NCBI RefSeq assembly: GCF_949769195.1
Contig: NZ_OX458334.1
Coordinates: forward strand, 1,723 to 25,722
DNA: 24,000 nt
Source of the DNA: Methylocaldum szegediense
GTDB taxonomy: Bacteria; Pseudomonadota; Gammaproteobacteria; Methylococcales; Methylococcaceae
Direction of reading: 5' to 3'
Shown here in pieces: positions 15,011-23,100 of the stretch. The notes beneath the pieces were generated by a model, which did not search any database, was not told the DNA's origin, and was given only the letters and a program-made list of their open reading frames with translations. A program made the translations under genes and the position numbers. Each line of letters opens with the position of its first letter. Within the stretch, counting starts at the first letter, position 1.

Positions 15011-15440
15011 GGCTACCGAGCGTGGACTTAAGAAATGACAAACAGGTCGGTGAACTGACCCGCAAGACCGATTCCTGATCGAACTTTTCCCGATATCGCT
15101 TCGCAACATCGCGGATTGCGGGTTCGACCGACTCGGCATCCGGATGGACGACTTGCAGGACATAGGCTCTCTCCCGCTCAATGACGCCGGCATCGTTCCG
15201 CCATTGGCCTTGGGCTTTCCACCAGGTCAGCCCTTGCGGGAACCGCGGCGTGACGACTTGACTCATGAATTCCCGCCATTCTTCGCTGGCCACCGGATCG
15301 GCTCCTTTCCTTCCCGTGCCAAAGTAGAGGGTTTCGATAGTCGCTGCCAGTTCTCCAGGCCGGCAAACCCGGCCCGCATCGGTTGCACAGCCTTCAATGG
15401 CGAAACTTAGAACAGCCGCCATGACAGCGCCCAGGCGCAC
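15003..15440 (-). CDS. DUF3574-like secreted protein/lipoprotein
   Basis: Signal-like N-terminus with a Cys (AVLSFAIEGC). LYFGTGRKG....EEWREFMSQVVTPRFPQGLT...GQW....ESVLRV matches the DUF3574 pattern. GTG start. Confidence 0.7.
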   Translation of the reverse strand: MRLGAVMAAVLSFAIEGCATDAGRVCRPGELAATIETLYFGTGRKGADPVASEEWREFMSQVVTPRFPQGLTWWKAQGQWRNDAGVIERERAYVLQVVHPDAESVEPAIRDVAKRYREKFDQESVLRVSSPTCLSFLKSTLGSHE

Positions 15441-15443
15441 AAT

Positions 15444-15770
15444 TCAGTCTTTCCCTTTCAGAATCTGCTCGATTTTCGCGTCGATCGCCGGCAACAGCGC
15501 GTCGAGGCAAAACTTCTGCATGCTGTCCGGCGTGTGCTCGGCGATGTACCTCAGCTTGAGAAGATAGGGCTCCGGAAGGCGCAGGTTGTAGACCTTGAGC
15601 ACGTCGTCGCGGATACCGGGCTGGTTCCATGGCAGCGCGGCGGATTCATACGATATGGTATGAGATGATTTCATATCATCCGATATTTCGCTGCGCCGCT
15701 CGGCGCCGGCGATGAAGTCCTCAACTCCCGGCATCGTGTGCGCCTTCGGCTTGCGGGTGAACTTACTCAC
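15444..15770 (-). CDS. ParG-like ribbon-helix-helix partition adaptor (start uncertain: 15770 GTG, 15734 ATG or 15674 ATG)
   Basis: Immediately downstream of parA. The C-terminus VYNLRLPEPYLLKLRYIAEHTPDSMQKFCLDALLPAIDAKIE has a strand-helix-helix pattern. The N-terminal region is basic. Confidence 0.55.
   Translation of the reverse strand: MSKFTRKPKAHTMPGVEDFIAGAERRSEISDDMKSSHTISYESAALPWNQPGIRDDVLKVYNLRLPEPYLLKLRYIAEHTPDSMQKFCLDALLPAIDAKIEQILKGKD
15646..15688. promoter_or_regulatory. Partition-type repeat cluster B
   Basis: Contains CGATATGGTATG (15651-15662, identical to 16533-16544) and ATGATTTCATATCAT (15665-15679, identical to 16432-16446). Confidence 0.5.
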
Positions 15771-16410
15771 TGAACACCTCCTGATACAGTGCTTCGATTT
15801 CCTCCGAGGCCTTCGGGTCCTTTGGCTTGAGCTCGTCGACACAAAGACCGTCGCGGGCTGCCTTTCGATACGCGATCCGGTCCCGAATCACTACACCTGA
15901 CAAGATCAGGTGCGAGAACTCAGCCAGGATGTCCTGGGCATCCTGGGACTCGTGAACCGAAGGGTTGGTCGAAACTCGGCTGATCACCACCCATGCCCGA
16001 AGATTCGGGTTGAACCCCTGGGCGCTGCTCACCAGCTCGTCCATGCGGTCGAGGGTCCAGATATCGAACTGGCTCGGCTGGATCGGGATATAAGCCTTGT
16101 CGGCCACCACCAGGCCGGCTCGCAGCTCCACCGAATCGCGACCGCCGGCATCGATGATGATGTCCTGGTATCGCTTGGCCAGGTCCTGAACCTCCGACTG
16201 GAGGCCTTTTCCGAACTTCTGCACGCAGGCCACCCGCCGCGGCTTCGCTTCGGACTCGTCCCGGCTCTGCGCCCAATAATTCGCGCTGCCCTGCTGGTCG
16301 GTGTCGATCAGCAGCACATCACGGCCCGCCAATGCGCGCTTCGCGGCTAGGTTGGTAGCCAGCGTAGTCTTGCCGGTGCCCCCTTTCTCGCCGCCGATTA
16401 GTATGATCAT
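15763..16410 (-). CDS. parA: ParA/ParF-type partition ATPase
   Basis: Deviant Walker A GGEKGGTGKTT, then LLIDTDQQGS. The small (215 aa) type Ib size class. Confidence 0.9.
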   Translation of the reverse strand: MIILIGGEKGGTGKTTLATNLAAKRALAGRDVLLIDTDQQGSANYWAQSRDESEAKPRRVACVQKFGKGLQSEVQDLAKRYQDIIIDAGGRDSVELRAGLVVADKAYIPIQPSQFDIWTLDRMDELVSSAQGFNPNLRAWVVISRVSTNPSVHESQDAQDILAEFSHLILSGVVIRDRIAYRKAARDGLCVDELKPKDPKASEEIEALYQEVFSE

Positions 16411-16546
16411 GATACCCTCATACGGTATTGAATGATTTCATATCATATCATTTCGCATGATACCTAAATTCGCAATATCGGGGATTCAGGAAACTACCGC
16501 GCCGATCATTTCTGATTTCATACCATACCATTCGATATGGTATGTC
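16411..16546. promoter_or_regulatory. Partition-type repeat cluster A (parA operator / centromere candidate)
   Basis: TGATTTCATA at 16433 and 16513. ATACC/GGTAT inverted repeats (16412-16428). CATACCA-N7-TGGTATG (16520-16544). Confidence 0.55.
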
Positions 16547-16876
16547 TCAGTGCCGCAACCTTGCCCATAGTACCCGGATAATGAGCCCGGACGCATCGTC
16601 CGGATCCATGGACAAGCAACTATCCGCGGCATCTCCATATTTGATCCGTTGGCAGTCCATCAACAGGTCGCGATTGTCATGCCATAGCCCGAACTCGTTT
16701 CGGATCCGCATACCAAGGCCGAAATGCAAATCAATCAAGTCGCCTTCGATCAGAGCCGCGATTTCTTCTTTCTCCGCTTGGCTCAGCATGAACGCCAACC
16801 GGTCTACCGCTTCGTTGAGGGTTCGGGGCAAATCTCGGTCGGCATCTGAATCGGACGGCTGTAACAACTTGGTCAC
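16547..16876 (-). CDS. Hypothetical protein (conserved-looking LHFGLGMRIRNEFGLW motif)
   Basis: 109-aa ORF with a GTG start. Motif recognised only loosely, so no family is asserted. Confidence 0.5.
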   Translation of the reverse strand: MTKLLQPSDSDADRDLPRTLNEAVDRLAFMLSQAEKEEIAALIEGDLIDLHFGLGMRIRNEFGLWHDNRDLLMDCQRIKYGDAADSCLSMDPDDASGLIIRVLWARLRH

Positions 16877-16936
16877 TTTCTTTACACCAGGCGGAAAACC
16901 AGGGAAATAGGGATTATTTACGGTCTAGCCACAAAG

Positions 16937-16959
16937 TTTTCCACAAAAATTGTGGAAAA
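16937..16959. promoter_or_regulatory. Perfect 10-bp palindrome (candidate operator) in a divergent intergenic region
   Basis: TTTTCCACAA-aaa-TTGTGGAAAA, between the 16876 (-) and 17104 (+) gene starts. Confidence 0.5.
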
Positions 16960-17103
16960 CCACCGACTCGATCGTACTGAATTCAAAGGAAGCCACAGCG
17001 GAAAATCGGAACGACTATCTCCTGGCGGAAGAATAAAATTCTGTTTTTTCAACCTCAAATGTGGTAAAAAAAACGGAAATTTAACCGTTACGGGAGTTCG
17101 AGC

Positions 17104-17736
17104 GTGAGCGTCAGCGTCTTTGTTGAAACTAGGGATGTCCACGACCGCCTGGAAGCTTTAGGCCTCAATGAAACCGCGTTGTGCAACGCGGTCACGCAAG
17201 GGTATCTGGCCCGCGCGAGACTGACCCAGAATCACCCTCGAATCTTCCATGGCTACGCGGCCTGGGCCGAAACGGTTGCCTCGCTCCGGGATCAACTACG
17301 TCCCCACGGGTGGGAAAAATTCGACAAAGGCAACTACGAACTGACGGTCCATGCGGAACGCGAACTCGCGATCACCGCGGCAACCGGCGACGAGGGGACA
17401 GGTTTGGCTGATGCAACCCCATCGAACAAGTGTCCGAAGGGCAGCAATACGATCGAGGCTATCAATCTCAACAACCAAATCGATCTCTTTCAAGACCTAA
17501 TGCCGCTACCATCCACCGAGAAAGCACCCTTCACAACCTGGATTCTCCTCTATCACTTCGCGCAGGACGAGATTCGGAGCGAGTTGTCCTTACCGTCGTA
17601 TATAGACGCCCACGGAAAAATCCGCGGCTGGAAGGAGCGAATCATATTGCGCTCGATCCCGCTCGATGCGCGCCCCGTCGATGTACGGCCTCCAAAACTA
17701 CCGGACATCAATATCGAAATCAGGCGGCGTGCGTGA
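17104..17736 (+). CDS. Hypothetical protein upstream of the XRE-ImmA fusion
   Basis: 210-aa ORF with a GTG start that ends 9 nt before the next gene. No recognisable motif. Confidence 0.5.
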   Translation: MSVSVFVETRDVHDRLEALGLNETALCNAVTQGYLARARLTQNHPRIFHGYAAWAETVASLRDQLRPHGWEKFDKGNYELTVHAERELAITAATGDEGTGLADATPSNKCPKGSNTIEAINLNNQIDLFQDLMPLPSTEKAPFTTWILLYHFAQDEIRSELSLPSYIDAHGKIRGWKERIILRSIPLDARPVDVRPPKLPDINIEIRRRA

Positions 17737-17745
17737 CGAGAGGCT

Positions 17746-18858
17746 ATGTTCAACCCAACGCGCTTCGCTCTCGCCCGCAAACGGCGTGGCATGAAAAAGA
17801 AGGAATTGGCACAACGGGTCGGGATATGTGAGAAATCCGTTTCCGCTTACGAGAAAGGCGCCCAGGAGCCGGAACGGGATACGCTTGACCGGATTGCCCT
17901 CGCGCTTGGATTCCCGCCGGCTTTTTTCATGGGCGACGACATCGACGAGTTGACTCCCGATGTCGCGAGTTTCCGCGCGCTCACGAAAATGACGGCTGGG
18001 CGGCGAGACATGGCTCTCGGCGCGGGAAGCATCGCGCTTCTGTTGAACAAGTGGATCGAGGAACGGTTCGTGTTGCCAGAACCCGATCTTCTCGATCTAG
18101 GACGCGAACCGGGCGAGGCCGCGGGAGCCGAAGGACCGGAAGCGGCGGCAGAGGCATTGCGCCGCCATTGGGGACTTGGAGAACTGCCGATAAAGAACAT
18201 GATCGCCCTTCTAGAATCGAAGGGCGTCCGCGTCTTTTCTCTCGCGATCGACGCCAAGGAAGTCGACGCCTTTTCCATGTGGTACGGCGGCAAGCCGTTC
18301 ATGTTCCTAAACACCCTCAAGTCCGCCGAACACTGCCGATTCGACGCCGCCCACGAACTAGGCCATCTCATAATGCACAAGCATGGCGATCCGCGCGGAC
18401 AAGGGATTGAACGTGAAGCAAACGCCTTCGCGTCGGCATTCTTGATGCCGCGCAGGAGCGTCCTCGCAAACGCGCCGCGCTTGCCAACGCTACCGAATCT
18501 GATTTCAGCCAAGAAATATTGGACCGTTTCGGTCGCGGCCCTCAACTACAGGATGCACGCGCTGGGACTCACGACGGACTGGATCTATCGGACGCTGTGC
18601 ATGCAGATTGCCGAGGCTGGATACCGCACCCTCGAACCCGAGGGCGCGCCGCATGAAACGTCTCAATTGCTCCCCAAGGTGTTTGCCGCCCTTCGAGAAG
18701 AGGGTGTCACCAAGGATGACGTTGCGCGCGAATTATCAATTAGCCCGACCGAAATCGAGCAGTTGACGTTTGGGTTGATGCTGAACGCGCTCAGCAATAC
18801 GGGTCGGACTGTATCTCCCAGGCGGAGTAAAAACGCACATCTCCAAGTTGTGAAATAA
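17746..18858 (+). CDS. XRE HTH - ImmA/IrrE (COG2856) zinc-metallopeptidase fusion protein
   Basis: N-terminal HTH (LARKRRGMKKKELAQRVGICEKSVSAYEKG). Central HExxH (AAHELGHLIMH) with downstream EREANAFASAFLMP, typical of ImmA/IrrE. Confidence 0.85.
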   Translation: MFNPTRFALARKRRGMKKKELAQRVGICEKSVSAYEKGAQEPERDTLDRIALALGFPPAFFMGDDIDELTPDVASFRALTKMTAGRRDMALGAGSIALLLNKWIEERFVLPEPDLLDLGREPGEAAGAEGPEAAAEALRRHWGLGELPIKNMIALLESKGVRVFSLAIDAKEVDAFSMWYGGKPFMFLNTLKSAEHCRFDAAHELGHLIMHKHGDPRGQGIEREANAFASAFLMPRRSVLANAPRLPTLPNLISAKKYWTVSVAALNYRMHALGLTTDWIYRTLCMQIAEAGYRTLEPEGAPHETSQLLPKVFAALREEGVTKDDVARELSISPTEIEQLTFGLMLNALSNTGRTVSPRRSKNAHLQVVK

Positions 18859-18873
18859 CCAAGAGTCTGAAAC

Positions 18874-19119
18874 ATGAGCAAAGGCAGAGACCGCACTGTC
18901 TATCGCAGCGGTGACAAATGGATCAACAAGCGGAATGACGCCGATCGAGCATCAAGCAAGCACGACACCCAGAAGGAAGCCATCGATGCGGCGCGCCGCA
19001 TGCTGCGAAACCAGGGCGGCGGCGAGCTGACCACGAAAGGCTTGGACGGCAAAATTAGAAGCAAGGACACCATCCCCCCCGGGCGCGATCCGAATCCGCC
19101 ACGGGACAAGGAACACTGA
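18874..19119 (+). CDS. DUF2188-like small protein
   Basis: GDKWINKRNDADRASSKHDTQKEAIDAARRMLRNQGGGELTTKGLDGKIRSKDTIPPGRDPNPPRDK fits the DUF2188 pattern. Confidence 0.6.
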   Translation: MSKGRDRTVYRSGDKWINKRNDADRASSKHDTQKEAIDAARRMLRNQGGGELTTKGLDGKIRSKDTIPPGRDPNPPRDKEH

Positions 19120-19164
19120 CTTTTCAGCCAGCAGCCATCTCGTTTAAAAAGCCGTAGCGTCGAG

Positions 19165-19587
19165 ATGGTCGATACCCTCACTCCTGCGGAGCGTAGCGAA
19201 CGCATGGGACGCGTCCGCGGCAAGGACACCAAACCGGAAATGAAAGTACGTCGCCTTGTGCATGGCATGGGCTACCGTTACCGCCTACATCGGCGTGACT
19301 TGCCGGGTTGCCCCGATCTTGTCTTTCCTCGGCTTCGCAAGGCGATTTTCGTGCATGGGTGCTTCTGGCACCGGCACCCGGATCCGGAATGTAAGCTCGC
19401 CCGCCTACCGAAATCCCGTCTGGACTTTTGGTGGCCAAAGCTGGAAGGGAATCGCCGTCGCGACGAGGCAAATCAGGCCGCCCTGCTAGCCCTTGGCTGG
19501 CGGTTTCTTGTAATTTGGGAGTGCGAAACAAAAAAAACACAATATCTAGTGATCAAAATAAAAAATTTCCTAGAGGAGGACGAATAG
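19165..19587 (+). CDS. vsr: Very-short-patch repair endonuclease
   Basis: RSERMGRVRGKDTKPE..R..LH..G.RYRLH...LPG.PD.VF......IFVHGCFWH.H matches Vsr. Confidence 0.9.
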   Translation: MVDTLTPAERSERMGRVRGKDTKPEMKVRRLVHGMGYRYRLHRRDLPGCPDLVFPRLRKAIFVHGCFWHRHPDPECKLARLPKSRLDFWWPKLEGNRRRDEANQAALLALGWRFLVIWECETKKTQYLVIKIKNFLEEDE

Positions 19588-19590
19588 AAT

Positions 19591-20775
19591 ATGCGGGCGA
19601 TTGAGTTGTTCGCCGGGGCTGGCGGCTTGGGAATCGGCGTGAGTCGCGCTGGATTCAATCCCGAGGCGGTCATCGAATGGGATGATTATTGTTGCGATAC
19701 CATCCGCGAGAATCAGGCACGTAAACTAGACCCCATCGTGCACTGGCCTCTCTTCCACGGCGATGTGCGGGACTTCGATTTCCGTAGCGTCCGCGGCGAC
19801 GTTGACCTTGTATCGGGCGGTCCACCCTGTCAGCCTTTCTCGCTTGGCGGCAAGCACCGCGGTCCCCTAGATGATCGGGATATGTTCCCGCAAGCCATCC
19901 GCGCGGTGCGTGAATTGAAGCCAAAGTCCTTCATATTCGAGAACGTCAAAGGACTGACCCGCGCTAGTTTCGCTAATTACCTTGAATATATCCGCTTGCG
20001 TCTCACATACCCTGAACTTGTCGAGCGACGAGCCGAGGCTTGGGAAGATCACCTTGCTCGCCTTGAGCGGCATCATACCCGCGGAAAACATAACGGCTTG
20101 CATTACCACATCGTCATGCGGACCCTGAACGCCGCGGATTACGGCATTCCGCAGCGCCGCGAGCGTGTCTTCCTGGTTGGCTTCCGCGCCGATCTCGGCA
20201 TTAAATGGAATTTTCCAGACAAAACGCACGATCAAGACGCCCTTCTGTGGTCGCAATGGCGGACGGGTGAGTATTGGGAGCGGCACAAGGTAGCCAAACG
20301 CCACCGACCGGAAGGCGGTAAGGGCAAGGCTCGCGCCTTCGCGTTGAAGGAACCGCCACGACTCGCGCCGTGGCGCACGGTGCGCGATGCTATTTCCGAC
20401 CTGCCAGACCCGGAGAAAAACCCTGATGCGGCCGCGGCCTTCCATAATCACCGCTTCCAACCCGGAGCCCGCAGCTACCCCGGCCACACTGGCAGCCCCT
20501 TGGACGAACCCGCAAAGACATTAAAAGCCGGAGATCATGGCGTTCCTGGTGGCGAAAACATGCTTTTGCGCCCGGATGGATCCGTTCGTTATTTCACGGT
20601 GCGCGAGAGCGCCCGCCTACAAACATTCCCAGATGAATTCCTATTCCATGGATCGTGGACTGAAACCATGCGCCAGCTTGGAAACGCTGTTCCCGTTGAC
20701 TTGGCTTACATCGTCGCTAGTAGCGTCAAAACACACCTTGATCTTACCGCCACGCCAGCCAAGAACAAACCATAA
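19591..20775 (+). CDS. dcm: DNA (cytosine-5)-methyltransferase
   Basis: Motif I ELFAGAGGLG, motif IV GGPPCQPFS, motif VI ENVKGL, motif VIII QRRERVFLVG, motif X GNAVPV. Confidence 0.95.
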   Translation: MRAIELFAGAGGLGIGVSRAGFNPEAVIEWDDYCCDTIRENQARKLDPIVHWPLFHGDVRDFDFRSVRGDVDLVSGGPPCQPFSLGGKHRGPLDDRDMFPQAIRAVRELKPKSFIFENVKGLTRASFANYLEYIRLRLTYPELVERRAEAWEDHLARLERHHTRGKHNGLHYHIVMRTLNAADYGIPQRRERVFLVGFRADLGIKWNFPDKTHDQDALLWSQWRTGEYWERHKVAKRHRPEGGKGKARAFALKEPPRLAPWRTVRDAISDLPDPEKNPDAAAAFHNHRFQPGARSYPGHTGSPLDEPAKTLKAGDHGVPGGENMLLRPDGSVRYFTVRESARLQTFPDEFLFHGSWTETMRQLGNAVPVDLAYIVASSVKTHLDLTATPAKNKP

Positions 20776-21533
20776 TGCCAGGCTATCTTGAATTTGAATT
20801 CGACCTTCCCGGAGCGCTTCTTGCTAATCTCACGCATCTCTTTGACAGCATGAGTTCCGCCGCGCTATTGCCAAAGAACCTAATTGACATCCCTGATGCG
20901 CAGGGGGTGTATCAACTCCATCTTCGCGGTTCGTTGGTATATATCGGCAAAACGGACGCCGAAGCTGGGCTACGCAAGCGACTTGAACGCCACGCCCGTA
21001 CCATTCAGCACCGTTGCAACCTCGATCCTAACGAAGTCAGCTTCAAAGCCGTGCGAGTGTTCGTCTTCACTGCCATGGACCTTGAATTTCAACTTATCAA
21101 GCATTACAGCGCTATTTCTCCGGTCCCTTGGAACAATAGCGGGTTTGGATCGAACGATCCAGGTCGACGCCGTGACCATTCCAAGGTTAAACCCAATGGC
21201 TTCGACGAACAGTATCCCGTTGATATCAATCGGGAGATTGATTTATGCCTTTCATCGCCCATCAGCGCCGCTGATGCTCTAGCCGCGCTTAAGAAAACTC
21301 TACCCTATACCTTTCGTTTCGAGACTAAAGACGACCGTAGCCGAAAACCACACCCCGATTTAGTTACCACGCAAGTAAATCTTCCCGCAGCCCCCTACAC
21401 TACGCGTCGTTTCCTTGAAAACCTGACATACCAGCTACCCACTGGTTGGCAGGCGACGGCTCTTCCAAGCCGCGTTCTCCTGTATAAGGAGAACGAGGAC
21501 TACGAATTTGGAACGATAATCGCAAGATCATAG
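20775..21533 (+). CDS. GIY-YIG-type restriction endonuclease (Eco29kI-like)
   Basis: GVYQLHLRGSLVYIGKT....LRKRLERH is a GIY-YIG core. The start ATG overlaps the last base of the methyltransferase stop codon. Confidence 0.6.
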   Translation: MPGYLEFEFDLPGALLANLTHLFDSMSSAALLPKNLIDIPDAQGVYQLHLRGSLVYIGKTDAEAGLRKRLERHARTIQHRCNLDPNEVSFKAVRVFVFTAMDLEFQLIKHYSAISPVPWNNSGFGSNDPGRRRDHSKVKPNGFDEQYPVDINREIDLCLSSPISAADALAALKKTLPYTFRFETKDDRSRKPHPDLVTTQVNLPAAPYTTRRFLENLTYQLPTGWQATALPSRVLLYKENEDYEFGTIIARS

Positions 21534-22178
21534 GCCCCGCAATAAAAAGCGAACCCATGGGTGAAGAGTTTGGCGCGGACTGCCAGGTGAACCGCGACGG
21601 TCGGTTTTTCTGATCCTTCATCTCCAACCAACCGTTGTGATGGTTTTTGTTATCGTGATCCCACGATGCCATCCACAGTAGCCCCTTCCCTGTTGATCGG
21701 TTAGGCCATACAGCGAAGCGCGATGGCCGTTGTCTAATTACTGCCGGCAGGGATGCCGGCTTCCTTGTAATTTCTAGCGGGGGCTGGATGGGGGCCGGCA
21801 ATGAGGCCCCCGTGGGAAATACACTGCGAAGCTTCCTTTTTGTGTTTTGTACTGATAAATGGTTCTGAATAAGCACAGCCACTTAACCGCTTTGCTCTCC
21901 GTCACTTAACGGCATTGCCTCGGAAAGATTCCCGACACATATTTTCCGGCCATGAAACGCCGTAGAAGGCCGCCCGACAGTTAATTCCCTCCTACCCAGG
22001 CTGAGCCGATTCCGGAGCCTGGATCGGCCGTTCGCGGGCGAATCACCGGCCTTGTGGGTTATATCAACAGGGCTTCGAGGGGCGGTTTTAGCCCGTTCCG
22101 GGAGCGACGCGTGAAAGGGTCTTTCTCTGGCTGGGTGGCGGAGGCTGGAAATAAAGGAGGATAGGGGAGGGAAAGGAG

Positions 22179-22898
22179 TTAGGACGGCGGGCCGGTGCTT
22201 TTCAGGCTGGCCTTGATGCTGGCGAGGATCGCGCCCACGGCCGTTGGCCCGCCGGTCCGGGTCTCGATGGCCGCGGCACCGTCTTGCGGCCCGGCCTTGC
22301 GCTCCGGACCGCGCTTTCCGGCCATGGTCATTTCGATGTGAGGGTTGGCCTTCCGCGCTTTCTTCTCCCGGCGCTTGACGGCCTTCTCCCGCTCGTGCCG
22401 GAGCCATTTCCCAAGACCGAAGGCGTCGAACAGCGAGCGGGACACGGCGCGGATCGCCGCGAACCCCTTGTAAGCGCAATCGTCCAGGCGCTTCGCGATC
22501 GGATGGATCGAGACGATACCGGCGGCCGCCAAATCGTGGATGGCCCGCTCCGCCCGCCGGAGTCCGAGGCCGGAGGTTTTGGCCAGGAATTCCATGGTCA
22601 GGCCCTGAAACGATCCGTCGGACTGAGGAATGCCGACGCGGAGCGTCACGAGGTCTGTGTAGTGCAATAGGCAGCCGAGAAGGCAAATGCACGCCTCGCG
22701 GCGTTCGCTGCGCTGCTGGCGATCGGACTCGTTGACCGCGTTGAGACCGGGGAGAGTTTTTTGGGGGGACGAATAATAGTCGCGGATGCGCTCGATGAGC
22801 TTCCGCAACACGTGAGGCCTGTCGGCGTGTTTCTGAGGCGGATCGAACCAGCGCGGTTTCGCCGGATTGTGGCCGCAACGATTGCCCACGCCGATCAT
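22179..22898 (-). CDS. repA: IncFII-RepA-like plasmid replication initiator
   Basis: RREACICLLGCLLHYTDLVTLRV....LAKTSGLGLRRAERAIHDLAAAGIV....SRSLFDAFGL...REKAVKRREKKARK is collinear with R1 RepA (RRRAIDALLQGLCFHYDPLANRV...LAIECGL...RATRALTFLSELGLI...TSALFAALDV). The 331-aa ORF in another frame (21883..22878) is an R/P/G-rich shadow. Confidence 0.65.
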   Translation of the reverse strand: MIGVGNRCGHNPAKPRWFDPPQKHADRPHVLRKLIERIRDYYSSPQKTLPGLNAVNESDRQQRSERREACICLLGCLLHYTDLVTLRVGIPQSDGSFQGLTMEFLAKTSGLGLRRAERAIHDLAAAGIVSIHPIAKRLDDCAYKGFAAIRAVSRSLFDAFGLGKWLRHEREKAVKRREKKARKANPHIEMTMAGKRGPERKAGPQDGAAAIETRTGGPTAVGAILASIKASLKSTGPPS

Positions 22899-23100
22899 AG
22901 CGCTATAATGCGGTCGATCGTTCTCATCCCTATGCTACCCAAGAGAATGATTCCGGGCCGGCGAGTGTTGCCGCACTCTCCGGCCTTTCCATTTCCCTAA
23001 ACCGTTAAGCCACGCTCGATGGTAGCAGCATAAAAATTTACAGGCGCGGTTATTATCATTTTTATCCCCATTAAAAAAGTAAGGTTTCTGTCACTTTCTT

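Noticed and set aside
16918-17142. 74-aa - strand ORF in the divergent intergenic region.
   Set aside because: It covers the palindromic operator and AT-rich promoter sequence, and has no RBS or recognisable motif.
21400-21882. 160-aa - strand ORF.
   Set aside because: It overlaps the 3' end of the GIY-YIG gene antisense and has no recognisable motif. The remainder is more likely non-coding origin or control sequence.
21883-22878. 331-aa - strand ORF overlapping repA in another frame.
   Set aside because: Its product is R/P/G/S-rich and low-complexity. The alternative frame (22179..22898) is collinear with IncFII RepA.
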